Positions 48,076 through 58,190 are shown, numbered from the stretch's first letter. The stretch is 64,000 bases of DNA from Candidatus Enterousia sp. (GCA_045645065.1 JAZRIB010000009.1:58464-122463); one strand, 5' to 3'. A program made the numbers and translations. The notes: generated by a model from the letters alone, not told the origin.

Positions 48076-49995
48076 ATGAAAAAAATCACGGTTTTAACAT
48101 CAGTTTTGGCTTTGGCGGCGTGTGGCGGGGGCTCTGGTGGCGGTGGTGGTACCGGCGGTATGGGATTCGGTGGTGATGTTGTTATTCCATCGGTTGATGT
48201 CAATGAAACGGTTCGCGCATCAAATTTAAAAGTAACATCCAGTGTTGATAATGGTATGAAACGAAACAAGGTTATAGAAAACAATTATTTGGCGGCGGGT
48301 CTGGATGTGCCCGAAATGGATGAATTGCACGCGTCTGGTGGGGCGGGGACAACCCCGTTGCAATCAAGGGCCGCAACGACTAGAAAATCACAGCGTGACT
48401 TTGGCTGGGATTTCGTTGACGGTATGTATTCTAATATGAATTATTGGTTGGGGAAATCAAACCGGAAACCAAAATCAGACGCAGAATACGAGCAGTTCAA
48501 ACACGCGTTAATTATGGCGGGATATGTGCGCGATGAACATAACAATAATTTGTTCAAAGATAAAACAATGGCGCAAATCAAGGATATTATTGATGAAATT
48601 TTGTCGGGTGGCTTGATTGATGATATCAGAGACCGTGCAGAATCTGTGTATGAAGAATTGGGAACTTTTAAACAGTTCAAGATAGAAGAATCAGAAATGT
48701 TCTTTATCCCAGAAGATGGCGGGCAAAATCGAATTGTGTTTAACGTAAATAAAGACGATATGATTGATGGGGTTAAGATAAAACAACACGGTGAAGCCGG
48801 GGTTGAAATGAATGTTGATTTCGAGCGTACCGATTTCGATGAAAATTCATACAACAGTTATTTTGTAACCCACAGTTATATCCTGGATAATGTCGATGTG
48901 GTGGGTGACCGCGACTATGATGAAGGCGGTGGTAACCATGCCATAGAATTAGAAGGGACCGATATTTTGGACCTGCCGGATCTTAAAGAAAAGTTCAAGG
49001 TGGAAATAGAGCGAGAATATCAAAATGGAAAATTCCACGGGTATCATGGCTATACAGAACAGGAAAAGGCAGAGGCTAAGGATTGGCTGATTGCAAAAGG
49101 AAACCCAAATCCAACAGAACAAGAAATTAATAGTAAAGCACAGGATATCATTGCCGAACGTATGCGTGATGCCGCATTGGCGCGTGTAGATGCGTGGCAA
49201 TCAGAATCTGATGTCTTGCAAGAAGATACGCATCACAAGATTGATATGGATATACAAACATATGGTGCAGAGGTTGGATTAGCATATTCTGATTTTGGCG
49301 CGTTGCGGATGGACGCAAAAGATTGGCAACCAGATGCGGGCCAAACCGAGGATGAGGCCGAATTAGAGGGCCAAGAAACCATAATCTATGGTGGATATAA
49401 AGATAACAGGGTTGAAAAGGTTGCGAAAAATACAACGTTCAATGGTCGGGCAAATGGTATTGTACGATATGAAATTGAAGGTAATAACAGTGATGATATT
49501 ATTGCTTCTGCCGCGAAGGATATTTATGGTGATGCAACATTGGTTGTTGACGTGACCCAGGCTGGGGTTACAGAAACACTGAACGCGTCATTTAAAGACA
49601 CTAATTGGTATGATGTTGAAATGGTAAGCAATGGTGACAGTCATACAATATCGTTCACAGATAATACCAAGGTGGACGGAATCAGTGCGATTGAGGCAAA
49701 TTATCAACTGCTGGGTCAGCCAGACCCCGAGACGGGTGTATATGTCGTTGATGATTTTACCAGTGGCGATCACTTTGACCCAGATGGTGATACCATTACC
49801 GGACATCGCCAGGGTGGTTTTGAAATCCAATACTATGGAAATAAATCCGATAACCCGACAGAGGCGGTTGGTTATGTCGCATATCGCGAGGGGCAACCAT
49901 TTAATTCCGGGGAGTCCCAGTCATCTAATCCTGATCGCGTAAAGACAGTTGGTGTCGAATTTGGTTTTGGTGTACAAAAGGACTTTACTAAATAA
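48076..49995 (+). CDS. Surface lipoprotein with putative TbpB-like C-terminal barrel (Slam cargo)
   Basis: Lipobox LAAC followed by a Gly/Ser linker; C-terminal LAYSDFG, F.G.A.G, YYG...EAVG, FGFGV; directly upstream of Slam. Confidence 0.75.
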   Translation: MKKITVLTSVLALAACGGGSGGGGGTGGMGFGGDVVIPSVDVNETVRASNLKVTSSVDNGMKRNKVIENNYLAAGLDVPEMDELHASGGAGTTPLQSRAATTRKSQRDFGWDFVDGMYSNMNYWLGKSNRKPKSDAEYEQFKHALIMAGYVRDEHNNNLFKDKTMAQIKDIIDEILSGGLIDDIRDRAESVYEELGTFKQFKIEESEMFFIPEDGGQNRIVFNVNKDDMIDGVKIKQHGEAGVEMNVDFERTDFDENSYNSYFVTHSYILDNVDVVGDRDYDEGGGNHAIELEGTDILDLPDLKEKFKVEIEREYQNGKFHGYHGYTEQEKAEAKDWLIAKGNPNPTEQEINSKAQDIIAERMRDAALARVDAWQSESDVLQEDTHHKIDMDIQTYGAEVGLAYSDFGALRMDAKDWQPDAGQTEDEAELEGQETIIYGGYKDNRVEKVAKNTTFNGRANGIVRYEIEGNNSDDIIASAAKDIYGDATLVVDVTQAGVTETLNASFKDTNWYDVEMVSNGDSHTISFTDNTKVDGISAIEANYQLLGQPDPETGVYVVDDFTSGDHFDPDGDTITGHRQGGFEIQYYGNKSDNPTEAVGYVAYREGQPFNSGESQSSNPDRVKTVGVEFGFGVQKDFTK

Positions 49996-50010
49996 CTGTG
50001 GGGGAACACT

Positions 50011-51369
50011 GTGCGATTGCGCTGGGTGTTTTTATGGATGATGTTTCTGCCAACCGTTGTGTCGGCAGAGATATCTATAGAGAAAAAGGGGGAAAATACT
50101 GAAATCACGATGACTGCGACCCAGGCAATGCAATTGGCAGGGACGTTGGTTGAAGCGGGGGACCTGGAACACGCTGAACAGATTTTAACAATGACCCCAA
50201 AAATGGGAAATGTTGCGCTGGAAATAGAACGCTGGTTTTTGTTGGGGCAAATTGCGCAAAGGCAGGGCGATTATGATGCTGCGATAAAAATTTATCAAAA
50301 AATACTGGATGACCAACCGGATTTAGCACGTGTTCGTTTCGAATTGGCAACCTGTTATATGCATGCCAGATATTGGGCGCGGGCGGATTATCATTTGCGT
50401 TTAGCGATGGCGGGCAAGGATTTGCCAGATGATGCTAAGTCTGTTATGAATTATTATCGATATATTGTACGTCAAAATAAAAATTGGAATATATGGTTTA
50501 ATGTCGGGGTTGCGCCAGATAATAATGTGAACAATGCATCTGGGGGAACAGAAGTTTATAACCATATGTGGGGGACTTTTTATCGCAAATTGGACGATCC
50601 CGAACAGGCCATTGGAACAAACCTGACGTTGGGTGGAAATTATGAGTTTAAGTTGTCTAATCAGTGGCGGTTGAAATCTGAGGTCAGTATTTATTCCAAT
50701 GTTTATGACAAGTCTGAATACGATGATTTGTATCTGGGGTTTGCGACAGGACCCCGTTTTGTATGGACGCGTGGTGATGTTTGGTTTGCACCAATGGTTA
50801 CGCGTCGTTGGTATGGATGGGAACGATATAATTGGTCTGGGGGGGCGCGTTTGGATATGAACTATGATTTTACGCGCCGATTATCGGGCGGATTATATCT
50901 GCGTACAACGAAAAATGATTATGATGTGTATGGCGATTGGTTAAATGGTTATACGTATTCTGGTAATATGCGTTTGACATATTCTTTTGGTGCCAGTATG
51001 TATGCAAATTTTTATGCAGGTATAACACGAGAAGACACCACGATGCCATTATATTCATATTGGCAACCGTTGCTGTCGATTGGTTTTGGGGCGGAATTGC
51101 CGTGGGGATTTCATGTGTATTTGGAACCGTCGGTTTATTGGGGAATGTACGATAAAGCGCGCAGTGTTCTAAATCGGGATGGTTATCGTACTGATATTCA
51201 AGAACGCAGTGTCACACAACGGTATTCTGTGTCCATGTCTAATAATAAATTTGATGTTTGGGGGTTTGTGCCGACATTAACGTTTTCGTATACCAGACGT
51301 GATTCAAATATATGGCAACGCGAATTTGATAAATTCAGTGCTGAATTTACAATGCGACAAAGATTCTAG
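50011..51369 (+). CDS. Slam-family surface lipoprotein translocon (TPR plus DUF560 barrel; type XI secretion)
   Basis: Signal peptide; TPRs with P.LARVRFELA; PDNNVNNA barrel start; SNI..F motif; terminal RF. Confidence 0.88.
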   Translation: MRLRWVFLWMMFLPTVVSAEISIEKKGENTEITMTATQAMQLAGTLVEAGDLEHAEQILTMTPKMGNVALEIERWFLLGQIAQRQGDYDAAIKIYQKILDDQPDLARVRFELATCYMHARYWARADYHLRLAMAGKDLPDDAKSVMNYYRYIVRQNKNWNIWFNVGVAPDNNVNNASGGTEVYNHMWGTFYRKLDDPEQAIGTNLTLGGNYEFKLSNQWRLKSEVSIYSNVYDKSEYDDLYLGFATGPRFVWTRGDVWFAPMVTRRWYGWERYNWSGGARLDMNYDFTRRLSGGLYLRTTKNDYDVYGDWLNGYTYSGNMRLTYSFGASMYANFYAGITREDTTMPLYSYWQPLLSIGFGAELPWGFHVYLEPSVYWGMYDKARSVLNRDGYRTDIQERSVTQRYSVSMSNNKFDVWGFVPTLTFSYTRRDSNIWQREFDKFSAEFTMRQRF

Positions 51370-51532
51370 TCTTATTTTGTGCGGCAATATGTAAGCGTGT
51401 TTGTGCGCTTGTTGTGGTTCGTTGTGTGTTTTTATAAAATAAAATTATGCTTTGTGGAATATTAACCTAGTTATTTGTTAGGTGTGATGTTGTATATGTA
51501 AATAGAACATTAAACACAAGGAGAAATATGTC

Positions 51533-54500
51533 ATGAAACGTAATTTTCATCATAACTTGATTGGTATTTCTGTGTTGCCGGCGTTGTTGATTATGCCAGC
51601 AATGGCAGATACACTGACAGAACGTGTAGTTGTTACAGAAAATATAACATATACAAATTTAACGGCTGAAAATATCGCATCAAGTGTTGCAAATAACGGC
51701 GGTGTTTTTTATTTGCAAGATGTGCCAGATGTGTTGCTGGATTTTGATGGTGTGACATTGTTTCAAAATAATTCACTGAACAATGGTGGTATGGGTGGCG
51801 TAATTGGGAATGGGTGGTTGTCATCTGTATCTGGGACAGGATTTACCCAAGGGGGTAAAATTGTTTTTAATGGTGCGTCAACGTTTAGTGGTAACAGTAC
51901 TAATAATACCAACGGTGGAGGTGCAATATTTAACTATGGCTTAGGTAATGCGACCAATCCAGATATTATTTTTGTTGGTAAGACAACGTTTAATAATAAT
52001 TCTGTGACAGAATCAACGAATAGTGTGTACGCCGGGGGCGGTGCAATTAATCATCGTAATGGTATGATTGTATTTAACAGTGATGCAGTGTTTAGTTCAA
52101 ATGAATCTGCATCCAAAGGTGGGGCAATTATGGCGGCTGGGGATATGGTGTTTAATGGTAATGCCGCGTTTACTGGAAATACAGCAGGGCAAGCCGGTGG
52201 TGCGTTGGCTCTTTTAGGGGGAAATACATATTTTGAAGGTACGGCTACGTTTTCTAATAATGTTGCAACAGGGGCGTCTGCGATATTTTTGGGAGAATCA
52301 GCGGGTGGGTTGAGTTTTCGTGATTCTGTAACATTTTCAGGTAATAGCGGTATTGGTACTGTGTTAAACAATGTTGCCAGTGCAACAGTTGAATTTAACA
52401 ACGGTGCAACATTTTCCAGTAACACAAACAATCTGAATGGTGCGTTGGTAAATGTTGGGATCGTTAATGTGTTGGGGGGCAATTTAGCTTTTACAAGTAA
52501 CACAGGTTCTAATGGTGGTGGTCTAAAAAATACAGGAACCGTAAACGTAGATACATCGGGAAATATTGTGTTTTCTGGAAACACTACAACCAGCACTGCG
52601 GGTGCCTTAGACAACGGTGGTACCATAGTTTTTGATGCGTCAAAAGTATCTTTTACGAATAACACGTCAAATGCGGGGTATAGTGGTGCAATCTTTAATG
52701 CTGGTGATTTGACGATTGCAGCGATGACGAATGTTTTTCGTGGTAATAACGCCAAGGATACAGGTGCTGTAAAATCAGGTGGTGGTGCAATTCATAATCG
52801 TGGCCAGATAGGAACAGCAACTCTTGTTATTGGTACAGAAGGCGCTACAAATACTTTTAATGCAAATAAATCGTCTGCATATGGCGGCGCAATTGTCGCA
52901 CGTGCGTTCGATGGTGATAATGCAAATTCAACAGTTACAATTAACGGTACAACAACGTTCAGTGCTAATACCGCCGCAATGGATGGTGGTGCAATATGGA
53001 ACGCAGTTGCAGAATCAGATGGTACAACAGGGACATCTGAAATTGTGTTTAATGGTGACACAACATTTATTAATAATGTTGCCAGTGGTTCAGGTGGTGC
53101 GATTTTTAACAATGATTTGATTACATTTAATGGCGTTACAAAGTTTGATTCAAATACTGCAAATGGTGTGGCAAACGACATTTTTAATGATGGCACAATG
53201 AATTTCAATGATGATGTGACATTAAATGGTGGAATTGACGGTAGTGGTACGTTAAATATTGCGGCGGGAACAATATTTAATATTGGTACTGCGTCCGTTA
53301 CCCAGGGGGCAATTGCACTGGATGGGACAATGTTGGCAACGTTGCGCAGTGGTGATGATGCACAAATTAACGTTGCAAACGAAGGTGGATTTACAGGTGA
53401 CGGTACATTAAAGCTGTCATTGGAATCAGCGGGGACATATAAAGTCTTTGGTAATGCTGGGTTTGACAATGTTGATATCAGCAGTCCTATTTATGATGTT
53501 GCGTGGTCCGGCAGTAATGTAACAGCGACTTTGAAATCAATTGATGAAATTGTGGCCCAGAACAATATAACCCCAGATGCAGCACGTGTAATTTCAAGCG
53601 TGTCAGAATCATGGGTAAGTGGTTTGAACAATTTGTCTGTATTATTCCAAGAACATTTGGCGTCTGGTACGGCAGCGGATTTGTTGACTGTTGAAAAGGC
53701 GGCATCTGCAATTAATCCAGAAAAGCACGCGGTTGCACAATCTGTTGAGTTGTCTGCGCAAAATATGGTGTCTTCGTTGGTGTCAGATCGTATTTCGACC
53801 CCTGGATTTGGGCGCAGTGGCGGTGATGCAAATATTGATTTTGGCGGTGTATGGGCCCAGGGATTGTATAATAAATCTAAGTTGAATGATGTGTTTAACG
53901 GGTACACCCGTGGGGGTGCAGTTGGTTTCGATGGTACGGTTAATGATGTTCTGAAATTGGGGGCAGGGTTTATGTATTCTCATTCAGACGTCAGTGCCAC
54001 CAGTCGTAACACAGAAGTTGATGCGTCAACAATGTTCTTGTACGGGCAATATCGTCCAAGTGATTGGTATGTAAATGCGGTTGTAAATTATACAATGTCT
54101 GATTATACAGAACATGGTAATGCGCTGGGGGTTGGCGTTGGGTCTGAATATGATGTCGATATCTTTGGGGCACGTTTTGCAACAGGGTATGATTTTATTG
54201 GTGGGATAACGCCAGAATTCGCAATGCAATATATGCATATAAATTCACACGATTACACAAATTCATTAGGGGTATATAATCAAGTTGAAAATTCTGATTA
54301 TCTGACAGCATCCTTGGGGACGCGGTATGAATTTGACGTGTTGTTGGTTAATGGTATGGTTTTGCGACCACAAATGCATTATGCGATTAAATACGATATT
54401 ATGTCAGATAAACAAAATGTAACTGTAACAATGCCAGGGGTAAATTCGTATATTGTAGATGGTGAACGTCTGTCACGTATTGCAAATACAGTTGGTGTTG

Positions 54501-54610
54501 GGGTTGCAATGAATTATGCTGGGGTTGAATTGTCGTTAAATTATGACATCGAAGCCCGTGAAGATTATACTTCGCAGACCGGTTATGCAAAATTTAGATA
54601 TGAGTTTTGA
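51533..54610 (+). CDS. Autotransporter adhesin with GGAI/FxxN repeats (Pmp-like)
   Basis: Signal peptide; many F.xN...GGA[IL] repeats; beta-domain from GVWAQG; terminal RYEF. Confidence 0.93.
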   Translation: MKRNFHHNLIGISVLPALLIMPAMADTLTERVVVTENITYTNLTAENIASSVANNGGVFYLQDVPDVLLDFDGVTLFQNNSLNNGGMGGVIGNGWLSSVSGTGFTQGGKIVFNGASTFSGNSTNNTNGGGAIFNYGLGNATNPDIIFVGKTTFNNNSVTESTNSVYAGGGAINHRNGMIVFNSDAVFSSNESASKGGAIMAAGDMVFNGNAAFTGNTAGQAGGALALLGGNTYFEGTATFSNNVATGASAIFLGESAGGLSFRDSVTFSGNSGIGTVLNNVASATVEFNNGATFSSNTNNLNGALVNVGIVNVLGGNLAFTSNTGSNGGGLKNTGTVNVDTSGNIVFSGNTTTSTAGALDNGGTIVFDASKVSFTNNTSNAGYSGAIFNAGDLTIAAMTNVFRGNNAKDTGAVKSGGGAIHNRGQIGTATLVIGTEGATNTFNANKSSAYGGAIVARAFDGDNANSTVTINGTTTFSANTAAMDGGAIWNAVAESDGTTGTSEIVFNGDTTFINNVASGSGGAIFNNDLITFNGVTKFDSNTANGVANDIFNDGTMNFNDDVTLNGGIDGSGTLNIAAGTIFNIGTASVTQGAIALDGTMLATLRSGDDAQINVANEGGFTGDGTLKLSLESAGTYKVFGNAGFDNVDISSPIYDVAWSGSNVTATLKSIDEIVAQNNITPDAARVISSVSESWVSGLNNLSVLFQEHLASGTAADLLTVEKAASAINPEKHAVAQSVELSAQNMVSSLVSDRISTPGFGRSGGDANIDFGGVWAQGLYNKSKLNDVFNGYTRGGAVGFDGTVNDVLKLGAGFMYSHSDVSATSRNTEVDASTMFLYGQYRPSDWYVNAVVNYTMSDYTEHGNALGVGVGSEYDVDIFGARFATGYDFIGGITPEFAMQYMHINSHDYTNSLGVYNQVENSDYLTASLGTRYEFDVLLVNGMVLRPQMHYAIKYDIMSDKQNVTVTMPGVNSYIVDGERLSRIANTVGVGVAMNYAGVELSLNYDIEAREDYTSQTGYAKFRYEF

Positions 54611-54713
54611 TGCAGGTTGTAACAAATGTGCCGCCCTGGTTTCTGGGGCGGTTTTTTCTTGCGTTATGATGTGTTTTTTCCTAGGATAAATATATATCGC
54701 AAAGGGGTTCCCA

Positions 54714-55637
54714 ATGTATAAATATGGAAAAATACGCAGGTCAGTCGCAGCAATCGCGGGTTTGTTTGGTCGCACTCGTGCATCACGTCGTTTGAATCGT
54801 GATAGGGTTCGTTATCATGGATTAATTGCCAGCACGGGACAAACTGTGTTGCCACGTCAAAAATATCCAACCAAGATACCGGTGGCGTTTTGCTTTGATG
54901 ACCGTGGTTGTAAAATGGGGGCTGTGACGATTAAGTCTTTGTTGATGGCGTCGGCGGGACGTTGTGATTATGATATTTATTGTGTCGTAACGCCTGATAT
55001 TGACCAATCTGCCTGTGATGTTATTCGTAATGTTGTCCAAGGAACGGGGTCGGATGTTCATTTTGTCAAAGGAAATCATGATTTTGATAAGTCTTGGCGT
55101 GGTAATTGGTCGGTTGCAATGTGGTATCGGTTGATGTTGCCAAAACTGGTGCCGGATGTATCGCGTATTATTTATGCAGATATTGATATTATATTCTGTC
55201 GTGATTTGATTGATATTTATGAATTGGAATTGGGGGATAATGTGTTGGCTGCTGTTCCAACACGTATGAACAAGTATTTTAATTCAGGCTTTTTATTGAT
55301 GGATTTGGATAAAATTCGCAGTGAAAACATATACGAAAAATGGATTGCGGATTCACGCGAAAACCAATATCGTAACCCCGATCAAGATGTCTTGAATTAT
55401 ACGTTAAAGGGACGCGTGTTGTTCTTGCCGTTGCGATATAATTTTCAATTGTCCCATGGGTCGCGCATATTCAAGATTTATTCAGAAACAGAATTGGATG
55501 ATTTGAAACATAATTTGGCAGTGTTGCATTATTCAGATTATATGAAACCGTGGTTCCCACGTGGTCAACGTCCTGTGTTTTCTGATTTGTGGTGGCGTGT
55601 GGCCCGCGAAACAGGGCTTTATGACGGGCAAGAATAA
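54714..55637 (+). CDS. Glycosyltransferase family 8
   Basis: YRL.LP, IYADID (DxD), YFNSGFLL, PDQDVLN, RYN, LHY...KPW. Confidence 0.92.
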   Translation: MYKYGKIRRSVAAIAGLFGRTRASRRLNRDRVRYHGLIASTGQTVLPRQKYPTKIPVAFCFDDRGCKMGAVTIKSLLMASAGRCDYDIYCVVTPDIDQSACDVIRNVVQGTGSDVHFVKGNHDFDKSWRGNWSVAMWYRLMLPKLVPDVSRIIYADIDIIFCRDLIDIYELELGDNVLAAVPTRMNKYFNSGFLLMDLDKIRSENIYEKWIADSRENQYRNPDQDVLNYTLKGRVLFLPLRYNFQLSHGSRIFKIYSETELDDLKHNLAVLHYSDYMKPWFPRGQRPVFSDLWWRVARETGLYDGQE

Positions 55638-55654
55638 TTTGCAGGGGGGCAATT

Positions 55655-56383
55655 ATGCGACATTTTTTATCTAATATCATTGCAGGTGTGATTTGGAAAA
55701 AATCTTTGCGTGATAAAGTGCGCACAATGATACGCTTTCCCCAGACGCATATATACACGCGATATGTACGCAGATTATCAGGTGGACAAAAGTGCAAAAT
55801 AAAGACTGTTGTTGGATATGGATGTAAAAATTGGATTGTGATTTTGAATAATGAACGCGTGTTCAAATTCCCTTTGTTAAATAATGGACGTGCGATTGCC
55901 CTGCGCGAACAACGCATAGTTGAAGCGTTTGCAAAAATTTCTCCGATTAAAATTCCTGCGATGAAAATCTTGAAATATGAAGGGGTGTATGTTCGTGAAT
56001 ATGAATTCGCATCAGGTAAATTGTTGACGGATGTTTCACCAAAAATTATTATGCATAATTCTGTACATATCGCAAAACAGTTGGCTAATTTTTTATATAC
56101 GATTGGCAAATCTGATCCGCGTGCATTGCGTGATTTGAAACCGGACGCGGCGGCAAAACCTGGGTATTTGTATGGTTGGTTCCAGGGCGATATATGGCAA
56201 AATTTTATGCTGGACGAAAAAACATTAAATATTACATATTTCTTGGATTGGGAAGGAACGAATTTTGAAGATTTTAGAACTGCTTTGCGTGTGGCGTCAC
56301 ATAACTGGGATAAGTTTGGATACAAGGGGATAATCGTTGATGTTATGGCAGAGTATTCAAAATTATATATGGCTGACAAATAA
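55655..56383 (+). CDS. APH-like kinase-fold protein (atypical QGDIWQN motif)
   Basis: VFKFP, REQ, FQGDIWQNF, FLDWE. Confidence 0.7.
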   Translation: MRHFLSNIIAGVIWKKSLRDKVRTMIRFPQTHIYTRYVRRLSGGQKCKIKTVVGYGCKNWIVILNNERVFKFPLLNNGRAIALREQRIVEAFAKISPIKIPAMKILKYEGVYVREYEFASGKLLTDVSPKIIMHNSVHIAKQLANFLYTIGKSDPRALRDLKPDAAAKPGYLYGWFQGDIWQNFMLDEKTLNITYFLDWEGTNFEDFRTALRVASHNWDKFGYKGIIVDVMAEYSKLYMADK

Positions 56384-56497
56384 ATAATATTCTTGTGTAA
56401 TAAGAATTTTTTTGAAAAAATCTAGTGTTTTTATGTGTGGTTAGATGACAAAATGCCGGAAAGTCGGCATTTTTTTGTCGTTAAATTGGTTTTGTTA

Positions 56498-56553
56498 ATA
56501 AGATGAGCATCTTATAAAAAATCCTTGATTGAAAGTTTGATATCAATCATAAT
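56498..56553 (+). promoter_or_regulatory. Sigma70-like promoter with two inverted repeats upstream of the HTH regulator
   Basis: ATAAGATG-AG-CATCTTAT (56498-56515); TTGATT-17-CATAAT (56525-56553) overlapped by TGATTGA-N10-TCAATCA. Confidence 0.6.
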
Positions 56554-56603
56554 AAGAATGTATTGCTTGTTACAACTGATAACGTAAAAAAGAGGGAGTG
56601 TTT

Positions 56604-56867
56604 ATGACTATGCATTCGGCTGTATGGGGTGCGATAGATACTGTTGCCAAAAATAATCAGATGAGTCGCTCTGGTTTAGCGCGTTTTTCTGGTCTTGATG
56701 CTACTACGTTTAATATCAGCAAGCGTTTCGAACCGTCGGGCAAACCACATTGGCCGGCGATGTTTACGCTTGTCAAAGTTCTGACCGCGACAGGAACCAG
56801 TATGGCTGAATTCGGTCGTATTTGTGATGAAATTTTTGCGCGCGAAAAAGAAACGTTACAGAAGTAA
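56604..56867 (+). CDS. Alphaproteobacterial-type HTH regulator, DNA-binding domain only
   Basis: H..VW.AID..A...S.SGLAR.SGLD.TTFN.SKR...G.P.WP....KVL.ATG. Confidence 0.85.
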   Translation: MTMHSAVWGAIDTVAKNNQMSRSGLARFSGLDATTFNISKRFEPSGKPHWPAMFTLVKVLTATGTSMAEFGRICDEIFAREKETLQK

Positions 56868-56940
56868 ATTATATATTGATTTGACGTTGCTTTTTTGTTT
56901 TTGTCTGATATTATACTACTTGTAGTCAAGGGGGAATATC

Positions 56941-57414
56941 ATGGCAGAACGTGCATTGTTTAAGGGTGTAATTAACCTGATTATAAAGCAAGACGACCGG
57001 GTCTTACTGTTCTTTCGTAATGATGGTTTCTTTAACTATGATGGTGGTTGGTGGGTTTTGCCAGCGGGGCATATAGAGCAGGGGGAAACCGCACGTGATG
57101 CCGCCATACGCGAAGCCAAGGAAGAATTGGATATTGATATTGCACCTGAAAATATAAAGTTGGTGCATGTAATCAGTAATTTGGCCAGTCGCACAGAATC
57201 TTTTGATTTCTTTTTCGAGGTATCAAAATACACCGGCACAATTCGCAATTGTGAAGGCGACAAGTGCGCAGATATGCAATATTTCACATTGGATGAAGTT
57301 GCAAAATTAAAAAATGTCGTTTCAACAACCCGTTTTTCGTTGGCTGGTTTGGGACGTGGTGAAATCTATTCTGAATGTAAATCGTACCGCAGCGCCCAAG
57401 GGAGAATTTCATGA
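56941..57414 (+). CDS. NUDIX hydrolase
   Basis: LPAGHIEQGETARDAAIREAKEELDI; N.E.DKC. Confidence 0.92.
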   Translation: MAERALFKGVINLIIKQDDRVLLFFRNDGFFNYDGGWWVLPAGHIEQGETARDAAIREAKEELDIDIAPENIKLVHVISNLASRTESFDFFFEVSKYTGTIRNCEGDKCADMQYFTLDEVAKLKNVVSTTRFSLAGLGRGEIYSECKSYRSAQGRIS

Positions 57415-58181
57415 ACAAAATAATAGAATCATGTCGGAATAATGTTTCTTGTGCAGATATGTTGCATCAGTTGTATGGTGTGTCTTCTGATGAGCATTTT
57501 GATTGTATTTTTGTTGCGCCGTCATGGCCAATCGAAAAAGTTTTTGATTTTGCCACATATGATATATCTGAGGTTTATTCAGACAGATTTTCTAAATCCC
57601 ATCGTATAAAATATGGTGGCAAATCGTACCTGTATATTCAGTTGCAGGTTGGTGCGCCAAATATAATTGATTTTTGTTTGTCGTGTCATTCTGTGAACTG
57701 TGATGAATTTGTTTTTGTAGGTTCGGTTGGCTCTTTGGTTCCAGAACTAGAAATTGGGGATGTGGTTATACCTGGGTATTCTATATCTGGGAATGGCGCG
57801 GCGTTATATTTGGATGATAAATTAAATTCTGCGAATTTGTTTGAACGTACATATTCATCGCCTGAATTAAATGCAAGGTTGCTAGACATTTGTGCAAAAA
57901 TTAAACAACCGACAAAAGACGCAGTACCAATATCAATTGATAGTATTACGTGTGAATATGCGCATTTGGATGAATTTCGTGGTATGGGGGCGCAATTGGT
58001 TGAAATGGAAACGGCAACTTTTTTCAAAGCAATGAAAATGATGGGCAAGTTGGCGTCTGCGGTATTGGTTGTGTCTGATAATTCGGCGGTTGGTCAGCAT
58101 TTGGTAGGCCAAGGAACGGATTTGCGCACAAAATACCATGCGGTTCGTTCGCGTATCAAGGATATTTTATTGGAATTATAA
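57411..58181 (+). CDS. Nucleoside phosphorylase (PNP/UDP-1)-like protein
   Basis: VGAP, FVGSVGSL, IGDVVIP, VEMETA, VVSDN; ATGA-coupled to the NUDIX gene. Confidence 0.85.
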   Translation: MNKIIESCRNNVSCADMLHQLYGVSSDEHFDCIFVAPSWPIEKVFDFATYDISEVYSDRFSKSHRIKYGGKSYLYIQLQVGAPNIIDFCLSCHSVNCDEFVFVGSVGSLVPELEIGDVVIPGYSISGNGAALYLDDKLNSANLFERTYSSPELNARLLDICAKIKQPTKDAVPISIDSITCEYAHLDEFRGMGAQLVEMETATFFKAMKMMGKLASAVLVVSDNSAVGQHLVGQGTDLRTKYHAVRSRIKDILLEL

Positions 58182-58190
58182 TAAATAAAA

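Noticed and set aside
52051-53907. Long antisense ORFs (also 30903-31607, 45477-46082, 55471-56379, 26611-27237)
   Set aside because: They shadow well-supported genes on the opposite strand and show no motifs; they are codon-bias artefacts.
9519-56383. CAG reassigned to His, since both the Fic (QPF) and the second kinase (QGD) have CAG where His is expected
   Set aside because: The conserved ClpP motif IHQP is encoded CAC-CAG, so CAG is Gln and His uses CAY. The two substitutions are independent.
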